Assembly: GCA_017533565.1 (NCBI GenBank)
Contig: JAFXHU010000018.1
Location: forward strand, 63,388-127,387
DNA length: 64,000 nt
Direction: 5' to 3'
Source of the DNA: Clostridia bacterium
GTDB lineage: Bacteria > Bacillota > Clostridia > Oscillospirales > CAG-272
The translations under genes were made by a program, and so were the position numbers. The notes under the pieces were generated by a model, which was given only the letters and a program-made list of their open reading frames with translations, did not search any database and was not told where the DNA came from. Shown one piece after another: positions 61,810 through 64,000 of the stretch (position 1 is its first letter; every line of letters begins with the position of its first letter).

Positions 61810-62904
61810 ATGAAACTTGGTATCGTAGGACTTCCCAACGTGGGAAAGAGTACTCTTTTTAATGCGTTGACCAACGCGGGCGCGGAGAGCGCAAACTATC
61901 CGTTTTGCACGATTGACCCCAACGTCGGCATCGTTCCCGTTCCCGACAAAAGGCTTGACAAGCTTGCCGAGATGTACAAGCCCGAAAAGTTCACTCCCGC
62001 CGTTATTGAATTCGTTGATATCGCAGGACTTGTAAAGGGCGCGTCGAAGGGCGAGGGGCTTGGCAACAAATTCCTCGCAAACATACGCGAGGTTGATGCG
62101 ATTGTACACGTTGTCCGCTGCTTTGAAAACAACGATATTATCCACGTGGAGGGAAGCATCGACCCCATTCGCGACGTAGAAACGATTGATATCGAGCTTA
62201 TACTCTCCGACCTTGAGATTGTGGAGCGCGCTATCGACAGAACCGTAAAGGCGGCAAAGAGCGATAAAAAGCTTCTTGAAAAGCTTGACGTGCTTCAAAA
62301 GGTAAAGACCTGTCTTGAGGAGGGACGCTCCGCTCGCTCGCTCGGTCTTGACAAGGAGGAAATCGCTTGGATTGACGAATCCAGGCTTCTTACCTTAAAG
62401 CCAATCATTTACGTTGCAAATATTTCGGAGGACGAGGTTGCGGGCGACTACGAGTCCAACGAGGGCTACAAAAGGCTTAAGGCACACGCCGAAAGCGAGG
62501 GCAGCGAGATTATCGCCGTAAGCGCACAAATCGAGGCGGAGCTTGCGGAGCTTGAGGGCGAAGAAAAAATGAGCTTCCTTGCCGACCTCGGTATTGAGGA
62601 AAGCGGTCTTGATAAGCTCATTAAATCGGGTTATTCCTTGCTCGGTCTTATAAGCTTCCTTACCGCAGGACCGAAGGAGGTAAGAGCCTGGACGATTACC
62701 CGCGGAACAAAAGCGCCTGGAGCGGCAGGAAAAATTCACAGTGACTTTGAGCGTGGCTTTATCCGCGCGGAGGTTGTTGCCTTCGACGACCTCGTAAGGG
62801 AGGGCGACCGAAACAAGGTAAAGGAAAAGGGTCTGCTTCGCAGCGAGGGAAAGGAATACGTTATGAAGGACGGAGACGTCGTAGAATTCCTCTTCAACGT
62901 TTAA
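61810..62904 (+). CDS. ychF: ribosome-binding ATPase YchF
   Basis: [21 protein letters not shown], a TGS domain and the C-terminus [11 protein letters not shown]. Confidence 0.96.
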   Translation: MKLGIVGLPNVGKSTLFNALTNAGAESANYPFCTIDPNVGIVPVPDKRLDKLAEMYKPEKFTPAVIEFVDIAGLVKGASKGEGLGNKFLANIREVDAIVHVVRCFENNDIIHVEGSIDPIRDVETIDIELILSDLEIVERAIDRTVKAAKSDKKLLEKLDVLQKVKTCLEEGRSARSLGLDKEEIAWIDESRLLTLKPIIYVANISEDEVAGDYESNEGYKRLKAHAESEGSEIIAVSAQIEAELAELEGEEKMSFLADLGIEESGLDKLIKSGYSLLGLISFLTAGPKEVRAWTITRGTKAPGAAGKIHSDFERGFIRAEVVAFDDLVREGDRNKVKEKGLLRSEGKEYVMKDGDVVEFLFNV

Positions 62905-64000
62905 TTGATTTTTATGGGAGTGTCGGTGAATTTCACCGATACTCCTTTTTCGTTTAAAAATTCCCGACATTCCTCCAAAAGTCCGTAATTCGCACCGAAA
63001 ATAACGGCTTTTGCGGAGCTTGGCATAACGGAAAGCGTCTTGTATTTTGCGTATTTCGCGCCGCCCACGATTACGGTATCTGCGGAGTGAAGGGCATCGG
63101 GCGCGGGCAGATAATCCTCGGTAACGCAGTCGGCGGAAAGATAAAATATACTCATACCGTTATCGGCTACGGAAAAGGAATTGTAAAGCCTTGACGAGCC
63201 GGGCTGCGAATGCGAGTGGACGGTCAGCCTCGCCTCACCGAGCGAAAGCGTGTCACCGTCGTTGAAAAAGTCAAGCACGGTATCAAAATCCGCAACGTAT
63301 TCGGCAATATAAAGCGCGTAACCGTATTCCTCGGTTGTTATCGGAGCCGGCAGAACAAGCCTTTCAACGTATATTTGTGAAAGCGTTTCGGTAACCGAAT
63401 TTATTGTGTAGTAGGTATAGCTTGCGAGAACGAGATTGTCTATTACCGTCACCCTCTCGCTGTCTGCCGCCGCTTTCACCTTATTAACGTCAAGCTTATT
63501 CATACCGGAGGCGATAACCGAGTATTCGCCGTCCGAGGACACCGTAAGGATATTACAGCTTTCGTCGGAATAGTATATCGCGCAGGATCTGTTTTTGACA
63601 GCCGCGCTTTGTATAATTCCTACCGCGTTAAGTAAAACGAAAACGGCGGTAAGCACTGCTACCGAGATTTTCCTGTGCTTTTTGGCGGAAAAGATAACAA
63701 AGCAGAAAAAGAGCAGGGTAAGAATTATGCAAAGAGCCTTCACCAACCAAAAATCAAGAGGAATGAGCGAATACTCAAAGCGTGAAAACCAGCCTATTAC
63801 ATCAAAGGTTAATTCCGAAACGAAAAGTACGAGCCGTCCGACGGGCAAAACGCCTCCAACCAAAAGCGCCGCAATTGAAAGATACATCAAAAACTCGGTT
63901 AAAAAGGATAAAACGAGCGTGGCGGGAAGTGCAAGCACCGAAATTCCGTCGAAAAAGAATAGCGAGATAATCATAGATGCGCTGATTGCAAATACCGAGG
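62901..64000 (-). CDS. ComEC/Rec2-like membrane protein, C-terminal part (partial, open to the window end)
   Basis: The reading frame stays open upstream of M63974 to the window edge. TM helices are followed by a soluble domain in the position of the ComEC metallo-beta-lactamase domain. I do not see the GQGD/HxHxDH motifs. Confidence 0.4.
   Translation of the reverse strand, partial: SVFAISASMIISLFFFDGISVLALPATLVLSFLTEFLMYLSIAALLVGGVLPVGRLVLFVSELTFDVIGWFSRFEYSLIPLDFWLVKALCIILTLLFFCFVIFSAKKHRKISVAVLTAVFVLLNAVGIIQSAAVKNRSCAIYYSDESCNILTVSSDGEYSVIASGMNKLDVNKVKAAADSERVTVIDNLVLASYTYYTINSVTETLSQIYVERLVLPAPITTEEYGYALYIAEYVADFDTVLDFFNDGDTLSLGEARLTVHSHSQPGSSRLYNSFSVADNGMSIFYLSADCVTEDYLPAPDALHSADTVIVGGAKYAKYKTLSVMPSSAKAVIFGANYGLLEECREFLNEKGVSVKFTDTPIKIN

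Overview
This window is a core chromosomal segment of an endospore-forming Firmicute of Clostridia type, at roughly 50-55% GC. spoIIGA-sigE and spoVT are present. I found about 60 protein genes. I found no rRNA, tRNA, CRISPR array, transposase, integrase or prophage gene.

Main blocks:
- **283-1457:** a divergent MreB-like gene followed by a 40-aa membrane micro-ORF.
- **2549-14314 (minus strand):** a compact dcw cluster, mraZ-rsmH-X-pbp-murE-murF-mraY-ftsW-murG-ftsZ.
- **14594-21073:** ispD-ispF, rpe, ruvAB and a GH29 fucosidase islet.
- **21252-33290:** nusB-tsaD-like-xseAB-tlyA-nadK-argR-recN-murB-whiA-dnaE.
- **33310-44109:** cvpA, a clpE-like gene, mrp, spoIIGA-sigE, rpmE, hflX, yigZ and dnaG-rpoD.
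- **44257-48762:** a lipoprotein, then a Wzz/BY-kinase/PHP-phosphatase trio, then spoVT.
- **48791-64000:** tmcAL, ackA, coaE, prfA, tsaC, an orphan topoisomerase A subunit, an orphan response regulator, ychF and a partial ComEC-like gene.

Most of the window is ordinary housekeeping DNA, and I see no clear novel multi-gene system. Five things deserve a second look:
- a 0.95-kb ORF-free, purine-skewed repeat mosaic (1501-2452) trapped between two convergent terminators beside ftsZ;
- the stripped-down dcw cluster, which has a non-FtsL protein and an internal terminator;
- a single-base frameshift in tlyA;
- Spo0A-type promoter architecture at spoIIGA;
- a phased MraZ operator.

All motif coordinates were counted by hand and may be off by 1-2 nt. 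All protein calls rest on recognised sequence motifs and synteny, not on database searches.
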